Below, one piece after another: positions 1 to 13,100 of a DNA stretch of 64,000 nucleotides. Source of the stretch: the human T2T-CHM13v2.0 reference genome, Homo sapiens; the NCBI RefSeq assembly GCF_009914755.1, contig NC_060933.1. The stretch is one strand, 5' to 3'. Below the pieces are notes generated by a model. It did not search any database and was not told the DNA's origin. It saw only the letters and a program-made list of their open reading frames with translations. Both the position numbers and the translations under genes were made by a program. Within the stretch, counting starts at the first letter, position 1. Every line of letters begins with the position of its first letter.

Positions 1-1246
1 TTTGTTAACTAGTGATTTTCATATGCTTTTGACCATTTCTATACCTTTGGAGAGATTTCTATGCAAGTCATTTGCATTTTTTAAATTGGGTTGTCTTTTT
101 ATGTTTGAGTTGAGCTCTTTATATATTTTAGATGCTAATGTCTTATTGAATATATGATTTCACAACACTTTCTCCCATTCTTTGAATTATGTTTTCACAT
201 TTTTGATGGCATTATTTAAAGCACAGAAGACTTTAAGTTCAATGAAATTCAATTTATCTATTTTTCTTTGATGTTGTAGTTAAGAACCACTGTGTAACAC
301 AAGGTCACAAAGATTTACTCCTATGTTTTCTTCTAAGAATTTTATAGTTTTGCCTTTTATATTTAGGCCTGTGATCTATTTTGAGTTATATGTGGTTTGA
401 GATAGGGATCTGACTTCATTCTTTTACATAAGACTATCCAGTTGTCTCAGCACCATTTGCTGGGAATAAAATATTACTTTCTCCATTGGGTTATCTTGGC
501 ACCTTTGTCAAAGATCAGTTAGCCATAAACTTATGGCTTTATTTCTGGACATTCAATTCTATTCCATTGATTTATTCGTTAGGCCAATTTTGTCTATGCT
601 TGTAACAATGCCATACTTCATTGATTCTCATGGTTTTATAGTAAATTTTGAAATCAGAAACTGTGAGTCCTCCTACTTTGTTCTTTTTTAAAGATTTGGC
701 TATTCTGGGTCCTTGACAATGCCATGTGAATTTTAGAATCAGCTTGTTAGTTTCTACAAAGAAGTGAGCTGGGATTCCGATTGAGATTACATTGAGGTTG
801 CAGATCAATTTGGGGAATACTGCCATCTTAACAATGTTAAGTCTTCCAATCCATGAATATATTTTTTCCACTCATGTAGATCTTTGGTTTTCCCCATTAA
901 TTGAAGTTTTCTGAATATCAGTTTTACACCTCTTTGGTTAAGTTTATTCTTAAGTATTTTACTTGATACTGTTTTGAATAGAAGTGTTTTCCTATTTTCA
1001 TATTTGGGCTGTTCATTACGAATGTATAGAAATATCATTGGTTTGTAAAGTATTAATCTTGTATCCTGAAACCTTGCTGAACTGATTAGTTCTGATATAT
1101 ATTTAAGTAGATTCCTTACGATTTTCTACATATACAATTATGTAATCTAGAGATAGAGATTCTTTCCAATGTGGATCCTTTTTATTTCTTTTTCTTTCTC
1201 AATTGCCCTGGCTAGAACCTCCAGTACAACGTTGAATAGAAGTGGC
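1..1246 (-). mobile_element. Old L1 (L1M-type) ORF2 fragment
   Basis: ORF 572..871(-) gives SWIGRLNIVKMAVFPKL...IPAHFF...KKNKVGGLTVSDFKIYYK, matching L1 ORF2p WIGRINIVKMAILPK...IPIKLPMTFF...KKNKAGGITLPDFKLYYK. Frameshifted; runs off the window start. Confidence 0.9.
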
Positions 1247-1884
1247 CACCACTTATCACTCCTGGCCAAAATTATTTATGTCTTCTTTTAATAAAAACAT
1301 TAAGATGTTTTTTGTTATTGTTGTAGCTAAATTCATGTGATTGACTTCTAGTTTCAGTACAGTCTTTAGAAAATGTGAATTGTACATTTTTGGGGATCAC
1401 CTTTAAAGTTGTCTCTGTTTCAATGTACCTGTTCTTTTTTAAAGGTTGCATCCAAAGTTTGAGATATATCTTTTATCTTAGGTCAATATTTGAAATAGTC
1501 ATTCAAGGAAACACCACAGTTACAGATTAAATGCTTTTGAGGGTGTTTATAATCTCTCAAAGCTCAACTCAATAAACATAGTGTTCAAGTTGTGTGCTTA
1601 ATAGGCCTTTGCCAGAGTTACGTCACTTGTACTTTCTTTCCCAGAATGGAAATAACCTGATGTACATATGAATATATATTGAGGTAGTAAGGCTTGGATA
1701 GCCTTACTCCCATAATTAAATCCTGTATAGAGCAGCCAACTATATTCAACTGTGAGGTCTTTACTCTATATTAACAGATCCTTAAGTGGATGAAAGAAGG
1801 TCACAGAATGCTTGGAAAGTATTTCTGATCCAGTTGAAGAAAGCATTAGATCAAAATGTGAAGGATGAAGGTGATAAAAATGAT

Positions 1885-2102
1885 AGACAACACTTCTTGC
1901 CTGATATTGTTGTAAGCACTACAAAAGTTGCATGTAATATCTTTACAACTGCTCTTTAAGGTATCCCCATTTACAGTGGAGGAAATGGAGGTACACAGAC
2001 ATTAAATAACTCACCCAAGTTCATGCAGGTAACAAGTGATATAGCTGGGATTTGAGCCTAGGCAAACTAACTTCCAAACTGTCCTCTGATTACTAAGCTA
2101 CA
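1885..2102 (-). mobile_element. MIR SINE
   Basis: Reverse-complement MIR core: atccccatttacagtggaggaaatggaggtacacagacattaaataactcacccaag...ctgggatttgagcctagg. Confidence 0.75.
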
Positions 2103-2323
2103 GTACAATGAAGATCAATGGCAGAGGAGTGGTCAGAACACTACCTGGCTTTGGGAGACTCGCAGAGTTTATTTGATGTCCCTTCCTGCATTCCCTACTT
2201 TGTCACCCACATTATCAAGAGGGAAACAGGAAGATTTCAGACTGCATAAGTGGGGAGAGCTGGTAAAATATCTGGGGTAGGTTAGTCAGAGTGTCCTTAA
2301 CACATCCTCTTTTGCTTCAAAGG

Positions 2324-2684
2324 TGATATGGTTTGGTTCTGTGTCCCCAATCAAATCTCATCTTGTAGCTCCTAAAATTCCCTCGTGTTCTGGGAAGGAT
2401 CTGGTAAGAGATAACTGAATCATGGGGGCAAGTCTTTCCCATGCTGTTCCCATGATAGTGAATAAGTCTCATGAGATCTGACGGTATTAAAAATGGGAGT
2501 TTCCCTGCACAAGCTTTTTTTTTTTTGCCTGCTGCCATCCATGTAAAAGACATAACTCACTCCTCCTTGCCTTCCACCATTATTGTAAGGCCTCCCCAGC
2601 TACGTGGAACCATAAGTCCATTAAACGTCTTTTTCTTCCTATTCTCAGCTTATGTCGTTATCAAGAGTGTGAAAATGGACTAAG
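2324..2684 (+). mobile_element. Solo LTR, ERVL-MaLR THE1A-like
   Basis: Starts TGATATGGTTTGG, contains gaataagtctcatgagatctga, ends near GGACTAA. 5-bp TSD AAAGG at 2319-2323 and 2685-2689. Confidence 0.92.
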
Positions 2685-4371
2685 AAAGGCTAAGAGAAAA
2701 GGCACTGAAGCTCTAACCACATAAGCACTTTATCTGAGCACTTCCTCTGTCTACATTCAGGGCTTGCTTAATAAGTTGGTTCTCCTTATCTCCATTCCAT
2801 TTTTGTCTCATATTCTGGTTTCTTGAATTTCATTTCCAGATTGACATTATTTGTAATTATTCAACTACATGTTTGTAGAAAGAAACAAATGTGTATGTTT
2901 ATTTTTCTTCAAGAAGAATAAACATTTGAGAAGTTTTCTGTGGTGACAAATATTTTTGTGAAAATTAGTGACAAATTATTATACTTTGGGGAACTGTAGG
3001 ACATTTTTTCTTTACAAGAGAATTCTTCTTTCAAGATAGCCCTCACAACAAAACTTGGCTATGTCTCTAATCGTTGGATGTTTCATTCTCTCTCTGTCTT
3101 TCCCAGCAGTACGCATTGTTTAGGGAAGCAGATGACTTCAGGACAGTCATGTAAAAGACAAGACAAATCCCAACCAAGCCAGCGTTAGGGATAATACAGT
3201 AACTACATGGCTATGAATGTTTGAAACAGTATTAATTTGATTTGTTAGAATTTAAGTAGAAAAATAAGAAATTTCTCATTGTTTTTTACGGACAACTTGT
3301 ACATCTATTAAACAGAACATTGACATTGCTATAATACCAAGAAAATGTTATCCCATAATTAATCTTCTATTAGGATCTGTCTCAGAACCTCCTCGGTTAA
3401 CTCCATTCCATCCTACACCAAAAAAACTTCACTATCGGATATCCGCATAACACTGACATTGGCATGCACACATTCCAAGCATTTAACTGTCTTCCACATG
3501 TCCAAATCATACACCTTCCCAGGCTGTAAGGGGTATCTCAGAAGTAAGAAATGAAGATAAAGTGGGATTCCCATTCAGAGGTAGGTGGCCATAGGCAGGA
3601 CAGTGTAAAATTATTTGTCTATACTCCATATTAGCATAACCTCATTCCCTTAAAGCCTGCCTAACACCCTACCACTTACCATTGTTCAGTGCTTTAGGAA
3701 GATGCTATGTTATTCTTTAAGCATGATTTTTTAAACCATTTTAGTTTAAATGTTAAACAGTTAAACTTATTGTGTAATATTTCATTTCAGGAATCTCAAT
3801 CATCTTCCACTATTTCTCATTTGCAAAAATGGTAAGCCAATTCAGCATCAACTAGAAAATAGAAATAATATGTGAAAAGACATTTTCATATGTCTCAACA
3901 TGTTTGTGGATAACTTTTCAAGGCTTACATCTTTCTTTGACATTAGAGTTTGTATAGCAAGAATGATACACAGGCTCAGGCAAAGTGGAAATATTCTCTT
4001 ATTACAAATAAGGGAGGAGAATGAAAAATGGATAGGAGTGTCAGCTGTAAATTGTAGAATGTTCTGTATCAAGAACACATAATACTTGTTAAATAATAAG
4101 TACAGTGTTCTGAGTACCCAAGGTTTTGTTAAAAAGTATGTACAATAACAAACAGAGAATAATAAGCAGAGAGCTTTTGAAATTAGGGAAGAACTATAGG
4201 ATAGTATTTATATTTTGGTGAACACCTGGAGAAGAGCTGCTTGATTTAGGACAGGAGGCAAGAAATCATACAGCAAATGTGTGCTTAATTAACCACAAAA
4301 CGTTCTTTCAATGTATTAGCAATATGATAGATAATGTCAGACTTATTAGAATCACTATATAAATTATTCTT

Positions 4372-4665
<294 letters not shown>

Positions 4666-5107
4666 AAATATCTTCATAAAAGCATTCATAAATATTTTAT
4701 GTCAGATGAGAGGCTAAAATAAAAAAGTAGATAGTTTAACTTCCCACTAAGTGATCACTCTTCCATGTAGTCCAATTATTAACACTCTTAGTGTCAATTC
4801 CTTGGAGTGTTAACAAATGCATAAGTCCTATGCTACCCTGAGGGGCAATTATGAATATAATGTAATTTTTGCTTAATGCCAAAGAAACATGTTTAAACAC
4901 TGGTAGTCCTTCTGAAATGAAACTTGCCGTCTTGTGAATGTTTAATGAATGCTATCCTGATGGTGAAATTAGGTGAAAAGCAAGCTGATACTCAGTGAAT
5001 GAAAGCTATCGTAGGTATGTAACCTCTCAAGTTGGGTTGAACTCCACATGTAGGAATTCTGATTCTTACACATTGAATAAACTTTATAGAGGTAGATTTT
5101 AATGTCC

Positions 5108-5470
5108 TGATATGATTTGGCTGTGTTCTCAGTCAAATCCCATCTTGAATTGTAGCTCCCATAATTCCCATGTGTTGTGAGAGGGACCCATGGGGAGGCA
5201 ATTGAATCATGGGGGCAGTTTCCCCCATACAGTTCTTGTGGTAGTGAATAAGTCTCATGCGATCTGACGGCTTTATAAGGGGTTTCCTCTTTTTGCTTGG
5301 CTCCCATTATCTCTTGCCTACCACCATGTAAGATGTGCCTTTCACCTTCTGCCATGATTGTGAGACTCCCCCAGCCACCTGGAACTGTGAGCCCATTAAA
5401 CCTCTTTTTCGTTATAAATTACCCAGTCTCTGGTATGTCTTTATCTGCAGAGTGAAAACAAACTAATACA
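5108..5470 (+). mobile_element. Solo LTR, ERVL-MaLR THE1B/C-like
   Basis: TG...CA termini (TGATATGATTTGG ... ACTAATACA), ATTAAA signal, perfect 5-bp TSD TGTCC at 5103-5107 and 5471-5475. Confidence 0.95.
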
Positions 5471-6319
5471 TGTCCCATGAATATTTTAGAGGCTATTAGT
5501 GATTGACACAAAATACTTTATGAGTCATAATTTGTTGTGCCTCCTTCCTTAGTGATAAATTGAAATCCTTTTAATTCCAGGTAATTGTATACAATTATTT
5601 TTGATCTCTAGTCCTATGTGTGAAGAAAAGAAGTTTAACTAATTAGCTGTTGTAGAAATGAATGATGCTAGTTGGCATGTTGGTGGCATTTAAATTACTA
5701 TGGATCCTAAAAAGTAAAAATGAAATAGCAGAGGGAGACTTCCACTCTAAAAGGTAAAAAGAGCCAAAGACATAGGAAGCAGGTGGTGATTCAGGTCATT
5801 CCAGAAACTAAGGCAAGAGTTGAACATAGTAAACTTTGGGCACCACATCAAAATAAAATTATCTAAGATACAGTGGCTCCTTTAATTTAGAAATTGTTGT
5901 TAGATGGTCTTTAATATGGATTGTTGCTTAATGACAGTTAAGATTAAAGAACTTCAACTATTATTAAAAGAATGCTGTCCATTTTCCTATTAGAAAGTAG
6001 ACCATTTTGAGTGTAGATATGTATCTTGTAGATTTTTTCCTATTTCATGTTTTTTTAGTTTATCTAGTGACATTTGTTAAGTGATTCATAGTTGATTTTT
6101 ATTAAAATTTGTAGTACTATTTATCCCAAGTCTTCTATTTTGGAGGCCTAAGTTGCCTGCTTTGCCACACAAGTAAATGGTACTGCAGGTTATTTGGTAA
6201 AAGTCAGGAGAGAATTATTTCAAAGTCTAAAATAAAATTGTCAAAATATGTCTTTGGAAACGTGGCTCTAGATTTCAGAAATACCCAAACATAATAGCTC
6301 CCATTTCCGTTTGAGTAGT

Positions 6320-6740
6320 TTGGGCGGGCTTTATGCTGCTGTAACAAACAAAACAAAAATAAAATGCAACTCAGTTGCTTAAGAAAACAGAATTCATCTG
6401 TTGTTCAGATAAGTTAGCTGTGAAACTGGGAGTATCTTCACTGCAGCTGTCCTCCATCAGGTGACTCAGGGATTAGGAAGATTCAGTCTTGTGGCTCTAC
6501 TGTCTCAAATGCATGCCTCCTCTACAATCTCCTTTGCAGAGGAAGAGAAAGACTGAAAATGCACATAGAGGATTTTTATCTCCTCTGCACAGAAGTGATA
6601 TACTTTACTTCCATTTTCCCTTGGCCAAAAGTAATCCTATGACCACACCTAACTGCAAGGTGGAAGGAAAATATGATTTTCTATATGGTCAATAAAGAAA
6701 GAAACCCAGATATTAATGCACACCAATAGTATCACTCTCA
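6320..6740 (-). mobile_element. Ancient MaLR LTR (MLT1K/L-like)
   Basis: Motifs tatgctgctgtaacaaac, gtgactcaggga, ttggccaaaagtaatcctatgaccacacctaactgcaagg are typical of old MLT1 LTRs. Confidence 0.65.
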
Positions 6741-7864
6741 CCATCCTTATGATTTCTAATAACCTGCTATCCCAGCAAGCTAAAGGGAATAAAAGGCTTA
6801 AAGCAAATGCTCATAATTTTAAATAACTTTTTTAAAAATGATAAATAAAAGCACCTAATTATACAGGAAACATAAAATTAAGGTCCTTGAAGTTGGGGTC
6901 ATGTCATATCCTTTTTATATTACCCAATCCCTATCAAATGGTTTGCAACAAAAAAAAAAATTGTGAGAGAACGAACATATTAGTAAATTCATGAGAGTAT
7001 GATTCCTTCCTTTGGTCAGGGAACACATGATTTATGTTCATATCATGACATAAATTTACATCAGGATAGCATACTAGCAGTAATAACAACTTTAATAACT
7101 GTGTATAATGTTAAAATGTGCAAAGCATTATCATATACTATATGCTTAAAAAGTCAAAACTGTGAGATTGGTATATATGTTTGGTTTGTTCTCTACAATT
7201 TAAATACATAACATAACAACCTTGAAAACAGTAACATCATTTTAACACAAAACATTTAATTTTTGAGGGGAGAGTATCTTGTAGATAAAACATCAGAATA
7301 TTTTTGGTACATATAAAAGAAATACACTTTTTAAACTCTCTAGATGGAAATAGCATTCAATTCTTGGAAAATACAATACTACATTTGAATTAATTTGTAT
7401 TATTTGAAAGATATTGTATGACTAATGCTAAGCACATGAATTTAATTTGCAAGTTACCTATAATACTGTTAAAAAAAATTCAGGACGGCCAAACTTGCAT
7501 AAAATTTGCATTAGAAAACTGAGAACACTAATGAGGAAATGAAACAGCCATTAATCATCATTGTGTGACTGCAGAAGGATTAAGTGGGTTTCTATAGATT
7601 TTGCTTCACTTATTAATGACATGGTTTTACAGGTATAAAAGATATGTATACACAGATCCAAAATTGGGGCGTAGGCTGTGGCAATTTATTTCCCCTTGGA
7701 TTTAAAGTAACTATCTCTGAATTTTTCTCAATAACTATATAAGTACAAAAGATAAAATCTTGTTTTAACTATCTATGTATAAACTTTCCTAAGAGCTCCA
7801 GATCAGGGTTACTACTCAAATATATGTAGAATTGGGTTTTATTAAAAACTTACTAGGATAATAG

Positions 7865-8090
7865 TATCTCAGTATATATAGTCTTTAGAGTCCAAAGGAT
7901 AGACTGAAATCTCAGCATCTTGATTCATTAAGTATGAGACTGTAGATGAACTAATTAAGCTCTCTGACCATTAGTCTCATCTCTAAAGTGATATTAAAAT
8001 GCCCTTTACAAAGTGAGACTGGAAGCATGAAATGAGAATACACAGATAAAGCACCTAGCATTGCACCTGACAAACGGTGAAAGCTTGAAA
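7865..8090 (+). mobile_element. MIR SINE
   Basis: Degenerate MIR: ctttagagtcc...ctcatctctaaagtg...aaatgagaata...aaagcacctagca. Confidence 0.65.
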
Positions 8091-8660
8091 ATTCAAATTC
8101 TCTTTGAGTGTACATCATTGTGCATACGTTATTATTTTGACCTCTTAAAAGGTCCAAAATCCAGGTGCAGAAAATAAAATACATGAATTGGAACAAATTG
8201 CCAGAACTACACACACAGATACAAAATTCAGTGATTCGTAAACATTAAACACATTACCTTATTTAAGTGAAAAAATGCTGCAATAAGATTTTCTGTAAAT
8301 ATTTTACCTGCTATGTAGGAAGTGTCAGTTCTTTACTTTGAAGTAAATTTTTACTGCTGGTATTTAGTTCCAGAGTAAATATTTTTTTTACTTGAGAATT
8401 ATATCATAATTTAATGGAGTATTTTTAATGTATTTAATTTGGAATCTAAGTTTGCATATTATCATTTGTATTTCAATAGTACTCTGGTTTTAATTTTACA
8501 TTTATTTTCATTTCTCTCAAATGGCACTCAGTTTTGTAGAGTGTATCATGATAATTCAGAATGTTTTTCAAATACTATTAACCATCCTTCACATTCACAG
8601 CATTGTTTTCTTTCAAAATGATAACTAGAAGCAAGCAATTCTAGAAATGGAAATTTAAGG

Positions 8661-8974
8661 TTTTTTTTAATTATACTTTAAGTTCTAGGGTACATGTGCA
8701 CAATATGCAGGTTTGTTATGGATGTATACATGTGCCATGTTGGTATGCTGCACCCATTAACTCGTCATTTACATTAGGTATATCTCCTAATGCTATCCTT
8801 CCCCCCTCCCTACACCCCACAATGCAGCCATAAAAAAGGATGAGTTCATGTCCTTTGTAGGGACATGGATGAAGCTGGAAAACATCTCAGCAAACTATCA
8901 CAAGGACAAAAAACCGAACACCGCATGTTCTCACTCATGGGTGGGAATTGAACAATGAGAACACTTGGACACAG
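8661..8974 (-). mobile_element. 5'-truncated, 5'-inverted (twin-primed) L1PA insertion
   Basis: 8661-8822 is the L1PA 3' terminus on the minus strand; 8822-8974 is an upstream L1 segment in the opposite orientation. Flanked by TAAGGTT(T/A)TTTTT repeats (8656-8668, 8975-8987). Confidence 0.92.
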
Positions 8975-9009
8975 TAAGGTTATTTTTTAAGTAAAGGTGA
9001 AATCCTAAA

Positions 9010-9720
9010 TAAGTTAGTTAATTGAAAATATTGAGGAACTACTAAACATAGAGCAATGTGTTAGGTATGCTGCAGTAAAGAGAACAAGATGACATTGTTT
9101 CCTCATTTAGCAAACTTGCAGAATTGCTGAGTAGAAAACATGCACACAACACAAGAACCTTAGAACATATGACAGTGTAAGGTAAAGTGCTATGCTTTGT
9201 CATCTTAAAAACAAAGAGTTCAAGGACAGGGGGAATCAAACTACAATATTGAAAACAATGAAGACTTCCAGGAGAAAGTGGGACTTGAATTTGGCCTTGA
9301 GGAATGAATAGGAAATGGGGATACGAGCAGACACACTGATCATGCTGGTCACAGAAGCAGAAATAGTGATGGTGGGGCTTGTAAAGGGAGAAAACTGAAC
9401 AACCTTATTAGCTTTGAGATTTCTGGTATGTACTGAAGAAAGATTGCTTTTGGATAACTGTGGCAATACTTAATTGTATAACTTGTATATCAAACTAGGG
9501 AAAAAAAACTCATACATTTTCCCACACTGGTCACATTAAAAAACAAACAAACAAACAAGCAGGAGAATAAGTGTTTTAGAATCCATCACCTGGTAGTATA
9601 TTAAGAATGGATTTGAAATAAGATATATTAGAAGATAGAAGACCACCCAAAAGATCATTTTGGCCATCCAGAATTGGAAATTCATACTGACAATTTAAAT
9701 GAAAAATGATGGAATTTAGG
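9010..9720 (-). mobile_element. L2 LINE fragment
   Basis: Degenerate antisense L2 3' region, e.g. aagacttccaggagaaagtgggacttgaatttggccttgaggaatgaatagga. Confidence 0.6.
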
Positions 9721-9998
9721 CAAAAGGACAATTACAGGAGGAGGGTCCAGATCCAACTTTTGCAACTAAGGACAGCTTTAGGATGGAAAAAGTATAGAGG
9801 ACCTCTAGGATTTGTTATGATGGAAATGGGGAGGCAAAATTTGTGCTACCTAAAATACCCCAGTTCCTCAAGAAATGCTTAAGCAAAGCTTTCCATTTGC
9901 AGAAAGTGCTGAGGGAGATGGAAGGCTAACCCTCATTCTCATTTTGCGGCTAAATATCGACTAATACTTTGATGAATACTTTTAAAAATCATTAAGGC

Positions 9999-10121
9999 AG
10001 CCAGGGACCGTGGTGTGGCTCTGTCGTCTCAGCGATTCTGGAGGCTGAGGTAGGAGGATTTCTTGAACCCAGGAGGCCAGCATGGGCAACACAGTGAAAC
10101 CTTGTTTCCAAAAAAAAAAAA
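9999..10121 (+). mobile_element. Monomeric Alu (FLAM-like)
   Basis: ggaggctgaggtaggaggatttcttgaacccaggag...gggcaacacagtgaaacc plus A tail. Imperfect TSD aaaaatcattaag / aaaaattactaag. Confidence 0.8.
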
Positions 10122-13100
10122 TTACTAAGAAAAAATATAATTTCAAGTTCCTTTTGTTCATATTTATGGTTAAATATGTAGGACTGAATTCATCATTGTG
10201 AATAGGTATTTGTTTGGTAGAAATTTCTATTTACCACTCTCCAAAGGTAATGCAAAATTCTACTCAGGCCTAGTAAAAGCCTGCACAATGAAAGGCTAAA
10301 CTAGTCTCGCAATAAACAGAAGCTTGCCTTCACTGTGGGCTGGTTAAAGTTATGACAGAACATTTTAATGTCAACTTATTCTTCACGTATCTTGCAGGAC
10401 TCAAATATAAGGAATAAGACAGAGAGAAATATGTCAAAGTGTATTCTTCTGGGAGGGATGCAGACCCCAGTGGTTCATGGTGCACTGATGATGGAGAGAG
10501 ACAAAGTATACATCTCTATGGGAAAGGCATCATTCAGTGGCTTTCTTAGTGATGAGATCTGATATACAACTTTAAGTTTTCTGTTTGTGTGCAATAATTC
10601 TGTTTAACCTCAAGTCTTCAGTAACGTTTGTTCAACATGACAGTTTACTATCAAATGTGGTACTGTTTGGTGGGAAGTGTGAACTTGAAGGATGAAACCC
10701 ACATGGAAATGAAATGATTATAACATATTGAGAAATCCTGAAAGCATTTGGTTTTAGGAAGATAATGAACAACAGCAAGGAGATACTGGACCTTCACTGC
10801 TCTCCCACTCCCATCCAGCAATACCCAGTTATTACTAAATAATGGAGTACAAGATTGTATTTCTGCAGTCCATCAAGTTAGAATCTCATTCTTGGTTCAG
10901 TATTATGGAATGGGTCACTGCGTCAGATGAGTTGGGACATCCAGTCTACACACGTATCTAAGCTAGAGATTTCTTCATAGTATTAAATGAGATAAAATGT
11001 TTGATAATCTTGTATACACTCAGAACATAGTAGGATCCCAATGTATGAATGTGATAGTGAGCAATATTTCAATAATATTTGAAGAAAAAAGACTGGGTGG
11101 ATTCAAACATGAATACAAAGCTGCTGTTTGGAAAAATACACAACTTCACAGAAAACCTCCTATCTCAACCAATACAGCTTTATCATCCCTGTAATGCATG
11201 TCCCAGGAAAATGTTGCAAGGATTTTAAGAGTTTCCATGTGGAAAAGATCAGTGTGTTCAGTGTGTTTCTAGCTTTACAACATGTAAATTATACTCTCAG
11301 CATTGTACTACTGAAAAACTTTTAAACACCCAATTTTTGTGTCAGCTCATCTTTGGTTTTTATCTTGCTTCTGCATTTGATCTATTTTTAAAGAAAAATT
11401 TTCCACATTTTACCGCACAATCCTCTGTCCTATCACGAACTCTTTCAGTGGGGATTTAATTTCCGTAAGAAACAAATGCTCCCTCTGTTTGGAATGTTCT
11501 TCTAACCCATGAAGTTGAATCTCCAAGAAGTATCTGGACTTATCATATTGTCTAATATTGGTTAAGATGTAACTGGACTTATGAGATTCAAACTCAGAAG
11601 ATGGAAATGAGGGGAGATTTTTTTTTAAGGATTAAGCCTGACACAAATAAAAACATACTCCAAGGAATAGTGACAAACAAAATAAAAATATCAGAAGACT
11701 GAGAGTCCCAAAGAAAAAAATATCTCACCAGATTTTTGAAGTTACCAGAAGATCAAGGAGTCCAAGCCTGATAAAAAGCAAAACAGAGGAAAGACAGAAA
11801 ATAAGAGTTTTTGTTTCAGAAAAAATAGACAATAAAATGCTATAATTCTACAATATTATTCTATTTACAAGTACTGCTGGCTGAATAAACACTTTAAGAC
11901 ATAATTTCTGTAGATGAAAATGTGTCTTTAACTTAAACTGAAGTGTTTAACTTACATTGTGCCATTAAAACAAAGGAAAAAAGGAAATGTTCTAGCTCTA
12001 GAAAATATTTTTTCCAATTATTTAGGTGACGATAATTATTTGGTTAATTCTTTAAGTTCTCAAAGAAGGGAGATTATTATTAAATGCACTTGAAATTCTC
12101 TAATAATTAGTACATAAATTTAATGTTTTTATGGGAGAAGCAGACCAAAGTTTCATTTTAAAAGACTTTTCCCATTTTTCAGGTTTTTGCTGGCTATGAC
12201 AATAATTAGTTCTGGCTTTGATTTATTTTTGAAAAGTAAAACCATGAAAGATATTATAATGACAAAGATAAAAGGCTTTTAATTTTTAAATGATACTAAA
12301 ATGCAGCCTCTATTTTTTAAAGGTGTTTGAAGTTCAAATGAAAGGCAATATCTGAACAGCACAAATTCCCAAGAGGAGACCCAGCACCTGCCATGGGATG
12401 CAAAGGTTTTATAAATGTTGTCTTGTGTAAAGAAAATGGCAAACATTGTGAGGCCTTTTGCAAATATGCCTGCCTGCTTCTGTGTTTGAGCAGAAATATT
12501 GAACTTCTAACCATTATTATTATAAAATAAAGGAGATTATTCTTTAAACATTTGATGGTAGCCTTTTCCTTTTGTCTTGGGAATCGAGTTTGAAACTACA
12601 CATTTGAAAAACACATGTCTTTCTTTGAAAGAGAATGGAGAACACGGTAAGTGTGAAAGGAGTTGACACTATTGTGTAAGGTTTTATATGTGCATATGAA
12701 TATGTGTCTGCATCTTACTGTCAGAAAATTTAAATTAGGTTATTTCTGTTGGGCCAGAATAATCTCCATAATGCTGGACCACTAATTGGTAACAAATCAT
12801 CCCGAAGGAAGCTATTAATATTCCTTCTCTAGTGTCTAAAATCATTTGAGAAGATCAATGCTTCACTTTTGAAGAGTAAGTAATGGATCTTGTCATATTA
12901 TTAGAGACCTTACTGAATTCTCTAGCCTGGCTTCAAAGATGTAAAACGGATGATCTATCTCTTAGAAACCTTTGTCCATGGATCTTAGTTCTATTAACGA
13001 CCTAAGAAAATAATCTGATACATTCTTTTATTGTCATATTTTAAGTTATTTCTTTGCGGTGCGTTATAAACCACAAAAGATTTGCAAAAATAGAAATGTA

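Noticed and set aside
3791-3831. 41-nt plus-strand exon-like pair (ttcag|G...ATG|gtaagc)
   Set aside because: Resembles a MIR core remnant and is not frame-preserving; likely a pseudo-exon.
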